This document shows, piece after piece, positions 10,042 to 19,144 of a DNA stretch of 55,339 nucleotides. The notes under the pieces were generated by a model. It searched no databases and had not been told where the DNA came from. It worked only from the letters and a program-made list of their open reading frames with translations. Both the position numbers and the translations under genes were made by a program. Source of the stretch: a virus (Duplodnaviria > Caudoviricetes); IMG/VR virus record IMGVR_UViG_3300035003_000007, positions 1 to 55,339 of that record; one strand, written 5' to 3'. Position 1 is the stretch's first letter. Each line of letters begins with the position of its first letter.

Positions 10042-10599
10042 ATGGCCCAGTTGAACGACACCTTCGATGCCACCGGCGTCGCGCCTGCCGCGCCGATGGA
10101 GCTGCTGCCGCCCGGCCGCTATGCCGCGCAGATCGTCAACAGCGAGATGCGCGCCACCCGCGCGGGCACCGGCCAGTATCTCTGGCTGGAGATGGACATC
10201 CTCGAAGGCCCGCATCACGGCCGGAAGCTCTGGGACCAGCTCAACCTGGTGAACCAGAGCCAGCAGACGGTGGAGATCGCCCAGCGCACCCTCTCGGCGA
10301 TCTGCCATGCGGTCGGCCAGCTGCAGGTGAGCGACAGCGAGCAGCTGCATTTTCGGCCCGTGCAGGTGACGCTCACCGTCGAGCCGGACAGCCGCGACAA
10401 GCATCTGCCGCCGCATGAGCAGCGCAAGCAGAACCGGGTCAAGGGCTATGCCCCGCTCGGCGGTGCGGCGCCGGCGCGTCCGGTAGCGGCGGTGACGAGT
10501 GAGCGACATGCCCAACAGCGGGAACCTCGCCCGGCCGCGCCCCCGGCGCGCCCCGCGGCGCCGACAACCGCGACGCCGCCCTGGCGGCGGGCGGGCTGA
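10042..10599 (+). CDS. DUF669 protein (SSB-like)
   Basis: LLPPGRYAAQIVNSEMRATRAGTGQYLWLEMDILEG...GRKLWDQLNL, with a PPW tail. Confidence 0.85.
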   Translation: MAQLNDTFDATGVAPAAPMELLPPGRYAAQIVNSEMRATRAGTGQYLWLEMDILEGPHHGRKLWDQLNLVNQSQQTVEIAQRTLSAICHAVGQLQVSDSEQLHFRPVQVTLTVEPDSRDKHLPPHEQRKQNRVKGYAPLGGAAPARPVAAVTSERHAQQREPRPAAPPARPAAPTTATPPWRRAG

Positions 10600-10601
10600 C
10601 C

Positions 10602-11564
10602 ATGGTGTCGCTCCCCACCCCCACCAGCCCGACCGTGGACGCGATCTACGCCGCCTATGAGGCGGCGGCGGACCACGGTTATCGGGAGCATCTCGGCGCC
10701 TCGCTGATCGGCACCGGCTGCGAGCGCGCCATCTGGTACACCTTCCGCTGGGCGACCCGGGCGCGCCATGCCGGCCGGCTGCTGCGGCTGTTCGAGACGG
10801 GCAATCTTGCGGAGGCCCGCTTCGTCGCCGACCTGCGTCGCATCGGCGTCACCGTGCTCGACGTCGATCCCGCGACGGGGCGGCAGTGGAAGCTGCGTGA
10901 CGCCAGCGGCCACTTCGGCGGCAGCATGGATGGCGTGGCGCTCGGCCTGCTCGAAGCGCCGCGCACCTGGCACGTCTGCGAGTTCAAGACCCACAGCGCG
11001 AAGTCCTTCGCCAAGCTGCAGGCCGATGGCGTCGCCGCGTCGAAGCCGACCCACTGGGCGCAGATGCAGGCGTACATGCATCTCGCCGGGCTGGATCGCG
11101 CTTTCTACCTGGCGGTCTGCAAGGACACGGATGCGCTCTACCAGGAGCGCATCCATCACGACGCCGAGGCCGGGTTGCGCATCCTGGCGAAGGCAGCGCG
11201 GATCATCAACGCGGTGCGGCCACCATCGCGCATCAGCGACGATCCGGCGTGGTGGGAATGCCGGTTCTGCGACCATCACGCCGTCTGCCACGCCGGCGCG
11301 GTGCCCGAACGGCATTGCCGGTCCTGCCTGCACGCCACCCCCATCGCTGACGGCGCATGGCACTGCTCGCGGCATCAGCACGCGCTGTCCCGGCGCGACC
11401 AGCAGGCGGGCTGCGGTGCGCACCTCTACATCCCGGACCTCATCGCCGCCGAGCAGATCGACGCCGGCGAGGACTGGGTCAGCTACCGGCTGCCAGATGG
11501 CAGCGCATGGCGCGACGGCGCCACCCCCATCCCCGAGACGCAGGAGATCTCCGATGCCGCTTGA
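10602..11564 (+). CDS. Cas4-like PD-(D/E)XK exonuclease
   Basis: HLGASLIG..CERAIWY, GSMDGVA, CEFKT, QMQAYM, C-terminal CRFC..C cluster. Confidence 0.85.
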   Translation: MVSLPTPTSPTVDAIYAAYEAAADHGYREHLGASLIGTGCERAIWYTFRWATRARHAGRLLRLFETGNLAEARFVADLRRIGVTVLDVDPATGRQWKLRDASGHFGGSMDGVALGLLEAPRTWHVCEFKTHSAKSFAKLQADGVAASKPTHWAQMQAYMHLAGLDRAFYLAVCKDTDALYQERIHHDAEAGLRILAKAARIINAVRPPSRISDDPAWWECRFCDHHAVCHAGAVPERHCRSCLHATPIADGAWHCSRHQHALSRRDQQAGCGAHLYIPDLIAAEQIDAGEDWVSYRLPDGSAWRDGATPIPETQEISDAA

Positions 11565-13119
11565 TGCGCCGTCCAGCGTGCTGCTGAAGCCGCTCGCCTT
11601 CATCACCGCCTTCCACGAGGTGCGCCCGCTCAACCCGGCCTATGTCGAGCGGCTGCGCCAGAAGGTGCGCGCGATCGGCGTGAAGCCCTATCCGCTGTCG
11701 GTGACGCCCGCCGGCGCGCTGTTCGGCGGCCGGCACCGCTACGAGGCCTTCCGGGCCGAGGGCATCACCGAGTGCCTGATGCACATCTCCGAGCCGGCGA
11801 GCCTGGATCGCGAAGCCATCGAGCTGAATCGCGCCAGCGAAGACGCGCTGCCCATGTCGTTCGTCGACTACGCCGAGATGGTGTGGCGGAAGCATGCGGC
11901 CAGCGCCACGCAGCAGGCCATCGCCGAGGAGATGGGGTGGAGCCGCGAGGCCGTCCGGAACTATGCCGGCCTCGCGAAGATCGACCCTCGGGCGTGGGCC
12001 ATCATTGGCACGGCCTTTCAGTCCGGCGGGGCGGCACGGGACGAAGACGCCGTGCCAGCGTTTGGCACGGCCGTGCCATTCACCGAGTTCCTGCTGCGAA
12101 ACATCCTTTTCCTCACCGCCGACCAGCAGCTCGACTTGGTGCAGGATCTCGCCGCCGGCAGGATCAACAAGAATAAGTTCAAGGTGCAGGCCGAAGCCTA
12201 TCGCACCCGCAACGCCATCGCGGATTGGGTGCGCGACCAGCTTGGCGAGATCGATCCGGAAATCGTCGCCGAATCTGCGGCCGAGGTGATGCGCGGCGCC
12301 TATGACGCCGAGTGGGTCACCTACGCCGAGAACGGCATCGATCCGCCGAAGCTCACCCGTCTGGTGGAGGCCGCCCGCGCCCGCTTCGCGAAGAAGCACA
12401 GCCTCATCCTGATCCATGGCGACTTCCACGCGGAGATCGCGAAGCTTGGCGACGCCTCGGTGGACGCGGTCATCACCGATCCGCCCTACCGGATCAGCAC
12501 CGACCGCGTCTATCGCCTCGCCAGCCAGGCCGACTGGAACAAGAACTTCGGCGCCTGGGACAACCAGCCCGAGGGCGAGTTCCTCGCCGACATCCGCCGC
12601 TGGGCCGACAGCTTCTTCCGCGTCATGAAGCCCGGCGCCTCCGGCTTCCTGTTCGTCGGCGAACCCTATCTCAACATCACCCAGGCGCTGTTCGACGCGG
12701 CCGGCTTCGAAATCAAGGGCAGCTTCTTCTGGTGCCGATCGAATCCCGGCACCTCGGTCACCAAGGCCGACTTCATGCCGGCGATGGATCACGCCATCCA
12801 GTTCGTGAAGCCCGGCGCGCGGCGCACCTTCAACTATCCGGGCGAGCCGGAGGCCTTCAACTGGTTCCAATCGCCGATCTGCGGCGGCCATGAGCGCCTG
12901 AAGACGCCGAAGGGCGAGACGCTCCACCCGACGCAGAAGCCGGAGGCGGTGATCCGTCACCTGATGGATCTGATCACCCTGCCGGGTGACCTGGTGCTGG
13001 ACGGCTTCATGGGCACCGGCACGACGGGGAAGGTGGCGCGCGACACGGGCCGGCGCTTCGTCGGCATCGAGCAGGACGCCGGCTTCTTCGCCGCGGCCAA
13101 GGCGCGGGTGGAGGGCTGA
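11554..13119 (+). CDS. ParB (CTPase + HTH) fused to a beta-class N6A/N4C DNA methyltransferase
   Basis: AGGAG RBS, ATG 11554. GRHRYEA matches the GxxRxxA ParB box. HTH TQQAIAEEMGWSREAVRNY. MTase motif IV TDPPY, HPTQKP, and motif I VLDGFMGTGTT. Confidence 0.88.
   Translation: MPLDAPSSVLLKPLAFITAFHEVRPLNPAYVERLRQKVRAIGVKPYPLSVTPAGALFGGRHRYEAFRAEGITECLMHISEPASLDREAIELNRASEDALPMSFVDYAEMVWRKHAASATQQAIAEEMGWSREAVRNYAGLAKIDPRAWAIIGTAFQSGGAARDEDAVPAFGTAVPFTEFLLRNILFLTADQQLDLVQDLAAGRINKNKFKVQAEAYRTRNAIADWVRDQLGEIDPEIVAESAAEVMRGAYDAEWVTYAENGIDPPKLTRLVEAARARFAKKHSLILIHGDFHAEIAKLGDASVDAVITDPPYRISTDRVYRLASQADWNKNFGAWDNQPEGEFLADIRRWADSFFRVMKPGASGFLFVGEPYLNITQALFDAAGFEIKGSFFWCRSNPGTSVTKADFMPAMDHAIQFVKPGARRTFNYPGEPEAFNWFQSPICGGHERLKTPKGETLHPTQKPEAVIRHLMDLITLPGDLVLDGFMGTGTTGKVARDTGRRFVGIEQDAGFFAAAKARVEG
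12006..12078. repeat. Cluster of GGCACGG half-sites including the perfect 16-bp palindrome TGGCACGGCCGTGCCA (parS-like)
   Basis: Half-sites at 12006-12015, 12033-12039 and 12049-12057 (inverted), plus the palindrome at 12063-12078. All lie inside the ParB-MTase gene just after the HTH. Confidence 0.7.
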
Positions 13120-13123
13120 GCCG

Positions 13124-13534
13124 ATGAGCGACGGCACCAACCCCATGCGTTGGGACTGCGGCAGCCGTGGCTGCTTCAACCAGCTGCGCCGCCCGAAGAT
13201 CGAGCGCTTCGCGGCCTGCTTTCCGGGGCGGATCGCAATGAGCGACATCGATGCGACCGTGGAGGTGAACGGCCACTTCGTTTTCCTGGAGATGAAGAGT
13301 TTCCGGGGCGAGATCCCGCGCGGCCAGCGCATCTACTTCGAGCGCCTCACGCGACTCTCCGACCGCATCACCGTGCTGGTCCTGTGCGGCGATGCGGAGA
13401 CCATGCAGTGCGAGGCACTGCGCTGGATCCACAACGGGCATCTGTCCGATTGGCAGCCGGCGACGCTCGACGACGTCATCCGGCTGCTGAACAAATTCGC
13501 GAACTGGGCGCAGGTGCAGGGAGCCGCGGCATGA
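13124..13534 (+). CDS. Small restriction-endonuclease-fold (PD-(D/E)XK) protein
   Basis: SDIDATVEVNGHFVFLEMKS...GQRIYFE. Starts 4 bp after the MTase stop and overlaps the helicase start. Confidence 0.7.
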   Translation: MSDGTNPMRWDCGSRGCFNQLRRPKIERFAACFPGRIAMSDIDATVEVNGHFVFLEMKSFRGEIPRGQRIYFERLTRLSDRITVLVLCGDAETMQCEALRWIHNGHLSDWQPATLDDVIRLLNKFANWAQVQGAAA

Positions 13535-15114
13535 CGCTCTCCCTCCGCCCCTATCAGCGTGCGGCCATCGACGCGCTCTACGATTACTTCGCCGGCAACA
13601 CCGGGAATCCGCTCGTGGTGATTCCCACCGCAGGGGGCAAATCCGTCGTCATCGCGGGCTTCATCCGCGAGGCGATCGCCGCCTATGCCGACACCCGGGT
13701 TCTGATGCTCACGCACCAGCGGGAACTGATCTCCCAGAATTTCCAGGCGCTGCTCCGCGCCTGGCCGGATGCGCCGGCGGGCATCTATTCCGCCGGCCTG
13801 TCGCGCCGCGATATCCGCGCGCAGATCCTGTTCGCAGGCATCCAGTCGATCCACCGCCACGCCTATCAGGTGCAGCGCTGCGACCTGGTGCTGATCGACG
13901 AGGCGCATCTGCTCGGCCGCGGCGACAGCGGCATGTATCGCTCCTTCCTCAAGCAGCTGAACGAGATCAATGCCGGGCTGCTGAAGGTCGTCGGCTTCAC
14001 CGCCACACCCTACCGCCTCGACAGCGGGCTGCTCCACGAGGGCAAGGACCGGCTGTTCACCGACATCGCCTATGAGGTGCCGGTGCTGGACATGATCCAG
14101 CAGGGCTACCTCTGCCCCGTCGTCCCGAAGCAGACCACGACGCAGCTCGACGTCGGCGGGGTCGGCACCCGCGGCGGCGAATTCATCGCGAAGGATCTCG
14201 AGGCGGCGGTCGACCGCGATGAGGTGACGCGCGCCGCGGTCGCCGAGATTGTCCAGCACGGCGAGGGACGCGGCTCCTGGCTGGTGTTCTGCTCCGGCGT
14301 GGCCCATGCACGCCATGTCCGCGACGCCATCCGCGAGCATGGCATCTCCGCCGAGACCGTCACCGGCGACACGCCGGCGCCCGAGCGGGACGGCATCCTC
14401 GCCGCCTTCAAGGCAGGGCGGCTGCGCTGCGTCACCAACGCCAACGTGCTCACCACCGGCTTCGACGCGCCCGGCACCGATCTCGTCGCGCTGCTGCGCC
14501 CCACGAAGAGCGTCGGCCTCTACGTCCAGATGGTCGGCCGCGGCACGCGGCTCGCCGAGGGCAAGGACGACTGCCTGGTGCTGGACTTCGCGGGCAATAC
14601 GGCGCGCCACGGCCCGATCGACACGGTGGACGGCCGAAAGAAGGAACCCGCCGGTGATGGCGAGGCGCCCATCAAGGTCTGCCCGGAATGCCAGACCATC
14701 AACCACGCCAGCGCGCGGCACTGCATCGAATGCGACCATGAGTTTCCGCCGCCGGCGGTGAAGGTTGCGGCGCAGGCGGCGTCGAACGCGCTGCTCTCGA
14801 CGCAGATCCAGGCGGCGTGGTGCGACGTGACGGGCGTCAGCTACGCCCGCCACGAGAAGCCCGGCAAGCCGACCTCGCTGCGGGTCACCTACGAATGCGG
14901 CCTGGCGCGGCACAGCGAATGGATCTGCTTCGAGCACACCGGCTTTCCCCGCGAGAAGGCCTGCTCCTGGTGGCGTCGACGCGCACCGCAGTTGCCGGCG
15001 CCCTCCTCGGTCGACGAGGCCCTGGAGCACCTCGACGCGCTGCGCCAGCCCATCGCAATCCAGGTGCGTCCCACCGGCCAGTACACCGAGATCACCGCGG
15101 CGAGGTTCATGTGA
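13531..15114 (+). CDS. SF2 DEAH-box helicase with zinc ribbon
   Basis: LRPYQ, PTAGGKS, IDEAH, TAT, QMVGRGTR, CPEC...CIEC. Confidence 0.93.
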   Translation: MTLSLRPYQRAAIDALYDYFAGNTGNPLVVIPTAGGKSVVIAGFIREAIAAYADTRVLMLTHQRELISQNFQALLRAWPDAPAGIYSAGLSRRDIRAQILFAGIQSIHRHAYQVQRCDLVLIDEAHLLGRGDSGMYRSFLKQLNEINAGLLKVVGFTATPYRLDSGLLHEGKDRLFTDIAYEVPVLDMIQQGYLCPVVPKQTTTQLDVGGVGTRGGEFIAKDLEAAVDRDEVTRAAVAEIVQHGEGRGSWLVFCSGVAHARHVRDAIREHGISAETVTGDTPAPERDGILAAFKAGRLRCVTNANVLTTGFDAPGTDLVALLRPTKSVGLYVQMVGRGTRLAEGKDDCLVLDFAGNTARHGPIDTVDGRKKEPAGDGEAPIKVCPECQTINHASARHCIECDHEFPPPAVKVAAQAASNALLSTQIQAAWCDVTGVSYARHEKPGKPTSLRVTYECGLARHSEWICFEHTGFPREKACSWWRRRAPQLPAPSSVDEALEHLDALRQPIAIQVRPTGQYTEITAARFM

Positions 15115-15464
15115 CATGCCGCACCTGCGCCCACCCCGCCTGGCACTGGAATTGGTGGCATCCCGCCCGAACGCTGCGCGTCCACTGGACCGTGCCGAGC
15201 TGCTCTCCCGTCTGCCTCAGCCTCTGGAGGGACCGTCGCATGGTTGATCCCAACGAGCAGGAAGTCGGCGCGATGCGCGCCGCCGGCGACATCGCCGGCC
15301 AGTTCATCGACGCCGTCGGCCGCACCGACATGGCCACCTGGTCCGAGCAGGACTGGCGCGGTTTCATCGAGGCCATCTGCGGCGCCTATGTCGATGCGCT
15401 GATCGAGCAGCAGATCGCCATCAACTCCGCACTCGGCAAGGTGCAGCCGGGGCCGCCGGCGTGA
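15111..15464 (+). CDS. DUF6511-like phage protein
   Basis: GTG overlaps the helicase stop. CxxC...CSxxC, then MVDPNEQE...GRTDMATWSEQDWRGFIEAICGAY. Confidence 0.7.
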   Translation: MTCRTCAHPAWHWNWWHPARTLRVHWTVPSCSPVCLSLWRDRRMVDPNEQEVGAMRAAGDIAGQFIDAVGRTDMATWSEQDWRGFIEAICGAYVDALIEQQIAINSALGKVQPGPPA

Positions 15465-17848
15465 GCGCCACGCCCAACTTCATGGCGCAATACGGCTCGC
15501 GGCTGGCGGACAACGGGTATCCCGTCATCCCGCTCATGCCGGGCAGCAAGGTGCCGGGCCGGCATCATGTCGGCCAGTGGACGCCCTATCCCGACTGGGC
15601 CCGGCATTGCGACCGCACGACGAAGCCCTTCGAGGTGGACATCTGGCAGCGCTGGCCCGGCTGCGGCGTCGGCATCGCAGCCGGCGTCGTGGTGGGCATC
15701 GACATCGATGTTCTGGACGCCGCGCTCTCCATCCAGATCGCCGATCTGGCGGCGCAGATGCTGGGCGACACGCCATGCTGGCGCATCGGCCGCGCGCCGA
15801 AGCGCATGCTGGTCTATCGGGCGGACAGCCCCTTTGCCGGGCGCAAGCGCCATCCGCTCGAGCTCCTCGCCCGCGGCCAGCAATTCGTGGCCTATGCCGT
15901 GCACCCGGACACTGGCCAGCCCTATGCTTGGCCGGAGGCCAACCTGCTGGACGTGCCGCTGGACCGGCTACCGGCCGTCGATGAGGCGGCCTGCCTGGCC
16001 TTTCTGGACGCCGCCTGGCAACTCGTCCCGGAGGCGCTGCGGACACGCTCTCTCCGCCTCGAGGACAGCCAGGGCGCATGGAAGGGCGCCTCGGATCCCC
16101 GCGGCACCTACGACGCGGTGAAGGCGGCGCTGGCCTTCCTTCCCAACGAGGACCTGGACGGCCATTCCTGGATTACCATGGCGAACGCCATCAAGGCGGC
16201 GCTGGGCGAGGAGGGCCGGCAGCTCTGGCTCGACTGGTCAAAGTCGAGCGCCAAGTCGGGGCTGTCGGGCAGGCCGGACACAGCGGAGCGCCGCTGGGCC
16301 TCGCTGCGCCCCCACAGCGTCGGCGCCGGCAGCATCTACGGCCTAGCCATCGCACGCGGCTGGGTACCGCCGCCCGACATCACCCTGAATGCCGATGCGG
16401 CAGAACGCGCCGCGCAGCCGCACCCGGCAGCGGCGCTGCTGGCCAGGGCGGAGGCGACGCCGCCAGCGCCGCAGCCCGAGGCCGCCCACCCCGCGGCGGC
16501 GTTGCTGGCCATGGCAGAGGCCACGCCGCTGCCGCCCGCGCCGGAGCCGAAGCCCTATCGCGTGCCGCCGGAGCTGCTGCAGGTGGATGGCGTGCTCGCC
16601 CGGTTCGTGGAGTACGCCACGGCCAGCGCGGTCAGCCCGCAGCCCTTTCTCGCCCTCGGCGCGGCCATCTGCCTGGTCGGCGCCGTCGCCGGCCGGCGCT
16701 ATCGCACCCCCACCGACTTGCGCAGCAACCTGTACGCCATCGGCATCGCGGATAGCGGCGGCGGCAAGGACCACGCGCGCCGCTGCGCGAAGCGGGCGCT
16801 CTACGCCGCCGGCCTCGATCGCTATCTCGGCGGCGAGGATTTTGCGTCGTCGGCCGGATTGCTGGCGTCGCTGCAGCACCATCCCGTCCGTCTGTTCCAG
16901 GTGGACGAGTTCGGCCAGTTCCTGAAGCTGGTGCTGTCGCCGCGCGCGCCGACGCACAAAGCCGCCATCTGGACCGAGCTCACAAAGCTCTACACCTCCG
17001 CCGCCGAGGCCTTCATCGGCGCCGAATACGCCGACCAGAAGACCAAGCCGCGCGTCACCATCGAACAGCCCTGCGCCTGCCTCTGGGGCGTCACCGTGCC
17101 CGGCCCGTTCTGGCAGGCGCTGGAAGGCCGCGCGCTTGGCGACGGCTCCATCGCGCGCTTCCTGGTGTTCCTCAGCGACGATGACTATCCGGAGCGCAAC
17201 GAGGCGCCCGCACCGGCGACGCCGCCTGCCGCTCTCGTGGCCGGGCTGCAGGCCATCGCCCGCGGCGTGCCGGGTCACAGCTACGGCGGCAACCTGGCCG
17301 AGGCGATGTCGAGCACGATCTCGACCCAGCCCTATGCCGTGCCGCTCACTGCCGATGCAGAGGCCGCCATGGCGGCGGTGCAGCGCGAAGCCACCGACCT
17401 GCTCCGCGTACATCGCGGCTCCTATGCCACGGCGCTGTTCGGCCGCTATGCCGAGAACACCGCGAAGCTCGCAATGATCGCCGCCGTCAGCCGCGATCCA
17501 GCGAAGCCCGTGACACAGGCCCGCGACGTCACCTGGGCAGCGGCGCTCGTCGAGCATTGCATCTGCACGCTGCTGCGCGAGGCCGACCAGCGCGTGTCGG
17601 ACAACAGCACCGAGGCGAACCACAAGCGGCTGCTGGCCATCATCCGCGACGGGGGGCGGCTGTCGCGCAGCGACGTCACGCGCCGATCGCAATTCCTGTC
17701 GCGCCGCGAGCGGGAGGAAATCCTGGCCTCGCTGATCGAGGGCGGGCTGATTGTGGCGGAGCAGCAGGCCAGCGCCACCAAGCCGGCCACTCTCTACCGC
17801 GCGACGACGGCGAACAAAACACCATCGTTCAAGGGAGGCACGAGATGA
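15461..17848 (+). CDS. Primase-polymerase with PriCT-2 and DUF3987-type helicase domain
   Basis: GYPVIPL..GSKVP, GIDIDV, GQQFVAYAVHPDTG; PriCT WITMANAIK...WSKSSAK; SGGGKD and QVDEFG. Confidence 0.9.
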   Translation: MSATPNFMAQYGSRLADNGYPVIPLMPGSKVPGRHHVGQWTPYPDWARHCDRTTKPFEVDIWQRWPGCGVGIAAGVVVGIDIDVLDAALSIQIADLAAQMLGDTPCWRIGRAPKRMLVYRADSPFAGRKRHPLELLARGQQFVAYAVHPDTGQPYAWPEANLLDVPLDRLPAVDEAACLAFLDAAWQLVPEALRTRSLRLEDSQGAWKGASDPRGTYDAVKAALAFLPNEDLDGHSWITMANAIKAALGEEGRQLWLDWSKSSAKSGLSGRPDTAERRWASLRPHSVGAGSIYGLAIARGWVPPPDITLNADAAERAAQPHPAAALLARAEATPPAPQPEAAHPAAALLAMAEATPLPPAPEPKPYRVPPELLQVDGVLARFVEYATASAVSPQPFLALGAAICLVGAVAGRRYRTPTDLRSNLYAIGIADSGGGKDHARRCAKRALYAAGLDRYLGGEDFASSAGLLASLQHHPVRLFQVDEFGQFLKLVLSPRAPTHKAAIWTELTKLYTSAAEAFIGAEYADQKTKPRVTIEQPCACLWGVTVPGPFWQALEGRALGDGSIARFLVFLSDDDYPERNEAPAPATPPAALVAGLQAIARGVPGHSYGGNLAEAMSSTISTQPYAVPLTADAEAAMAAVQREATDLLRVHRGSYATALFGRYAENTAKLAMIAAVSRDPAKPVTQARDVTWAAALVEHCICTLLREADQRVSDNSTEANHKRLLAIIRDGGRLSRSDVTRRSQFLSRREREEILASLIEGGLIVAEQQASATKPATLYRATTANKTPSFKGGTR

Positions 17849-17910
17849 TGCATTTGGTGCGCCGAGAAAAATCCGCGGCTCGAAACCCAGGCGGACGGCC
17901 GGTCAGGGCC

Positions 17911-18043
17911 AGACTTTCAATAACTCAATTCTTCACGCGCACGCGCAGATACACACCCGTGGGCGCCCTTGGGGGGAGAGGAAGGGGTATATTGAAGTAT
18001 TATATATTATTGAATTATCTCCTCTCCCAAGGGGGCGCCCCCT
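17911..18043. promoter_or_regulatory. Candidate replication origin
   Basis: AT-rich core TATATTGAAGTATTATATATTATTGAATTAT in very GC-rich DNA, directly after the primase gene. TTCAATA (17916) faces two TATTGAA copies (17990, 18008). Imperfect inverted arms GGGCGCCCTTGGG..GAGAGGA and TCCTCTCCCAAGGG..CGCCC. Confidence 0.55.
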
Positions 18044-18080
18044 CCCACCAACCCGCGCTCACGCTTTCGCGAGGTGGCGC

Positions 18081-18311
18081 ATGAGCCTGCCAGGCGCCCC
18101 GCAGCCGCCGCGGTCCTGCCTCGACCGCGGCTCCCGCAGCGCGACGACCACGCCCGAGATGGAGATGCTGCGCCGGCGCGTCTGGCAGCAGCAGGGCGTC
18201 ATCTCGCTGCACCTCGAAGACATCACCGACCCCTGGCTACGCCAGGCCATTCAGAACGAAGCCACGCGGCGCTGGGGGCCGCGCAATGGAGGACAGAACT
18301 ATGGCCGGTAA
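18081..18311 (+). CDS. Hypothetical phage protein
   Basis: GAGG RBS; LRRRVWQQQGVISLHLEDITDPWLRQ. Confidence 0.7.
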   Translation: MSLPGAPQPPRSCLDRGSRSATTTPEMEMLRRRVWQQQGVISLHLEDITDPWLRQAIQNEATRRWGPRNGGQNYGR

Positions 18312-18846
18312 GCGCAAGTCGAAGCGGGTGGTCGAGGATCTCGCGAAGCCGTCGAAGTGGCGGCTGCAGCATGGCGGCTTCTCGGCGCCGATCCGCGACG
18401 CCGATCCCGAGACCGGCAGCCCGGTCGAGCATCGGCGTGCCGTCGACACGCTGGGCATGATGCTGGCGAACGGCACCATCACCCCGCAGATGCACGAGGC
18501 GGGGTGCATCTTTCGCACGCTGTTCCGCTCGGCGGCGCTGGACGGCATCGCCACCTCGCAGCTGATCCGGCTGGCGGGCGCGACGAATGACGATATGCCG
18601 GGCCGTCAACTCGATGCCCGGCGTCGTGTCGCGAACGCGATCGACGCCCTCGGCGGCCACGACAGCCCCGCCGGCTCCTGCGTGTGGTTCGTCGTTGGCC
18701 TGGAGTTCTCGGTGCGCGAATGGTCGGCACGCCAGGGCTGGGCTGGGCGTATCGTGCATGGCCCCGTGGGCCAGGGCATCCTAGTCGGCGCGCTCGGCAC
18801 GCTGGCCATGCACTTCGGGCTGACGCCGCGGCAGCGGGCTGCGTGA
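18301..18846 (+). CDS. Hypothetical protein (DUF6456-like), candidate late-gene regulator
   Basis: GGAGG RBS; TLGMMLANGTITPQMHEAG...CVWFVVGLEFSVREW. Last gene of the early operon, in a Q-like position. Confidence 0.7.
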   Translation: MAGKRKSKRVVEDLAKPSKWRLQHGGFSAPIRDADPETGSPVEHRRAVDTLGMMLANGTITPQMHEAGCIFRTLFRSAALDGIATSQLIRLAGATNDDMPGRQLDARRRVANAIDALGGHDSPAGSCVWFVVGLEFSVREWSARQGWAGRIVHGPVGQGILVGALGTLAMHFGLTPRQRAA

Positions 18847-18856
18847 GGCGGCTGCC

Positions 18857-19075
18857 TCACTCAGCGCCGAGGACGAACGCCACGGCCTCGGCGATCATCG
18901 TGAGCGGCAGCGCAGGGTGGTGCGCCAGGACGGCTTCGCGCACCGCCCGGCTATACGGGTCACCCCGCCCCTGGACGCCTGCCGGAGGGCGTCGGGCAGC
19001 CCTTGCGGCGGCCAGGGCACCCGGGCTCAGCCATGGCGGCGGGGGACGTGGTGGGGCGCCGTCGGGCATCCCCAA
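18857..19075 (-). CDS. Small hypothetical protein
   Basis: 72-aa ORF divergent from 19145 and sharing the SOS-box intergenic region. Confidence 0.4.
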   Translation of the reverse strand: MGMPDGAPPRPPPPWLSPGALAAARAARRPPAGVQGRGDPYSRAVREAVLAHHPALPLTMIAEAVAFVLGAE

Positions 19076-19093
19076 CGATAGCCTCCCCTACCA

Positions 19094-19108
19094 GAACAAG
19101 ACAAGAAC
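19094..19108 (+). promoter_or_regulatory. Alphaproteobacterial LexA (SOS) box GAAC-N7-GAAC
   Basis: GAAC-AAGACAA-GAAC is an exact consensus match in a divergent intergenic region, 36 bp before the ATG at 19145. Confidence 0.75.
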
Positions 19109-19144
19109 ATGCTATGCAGCGCAGAGACCCAAAGGAGAAGATCC

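Noticed and set aside
10602-11564. CRISPR-Cas (Cas4-like gene)
   Set aside because: No array or other cas genes; it sits in the standard Sak4-SSB-exonuclease phage module.
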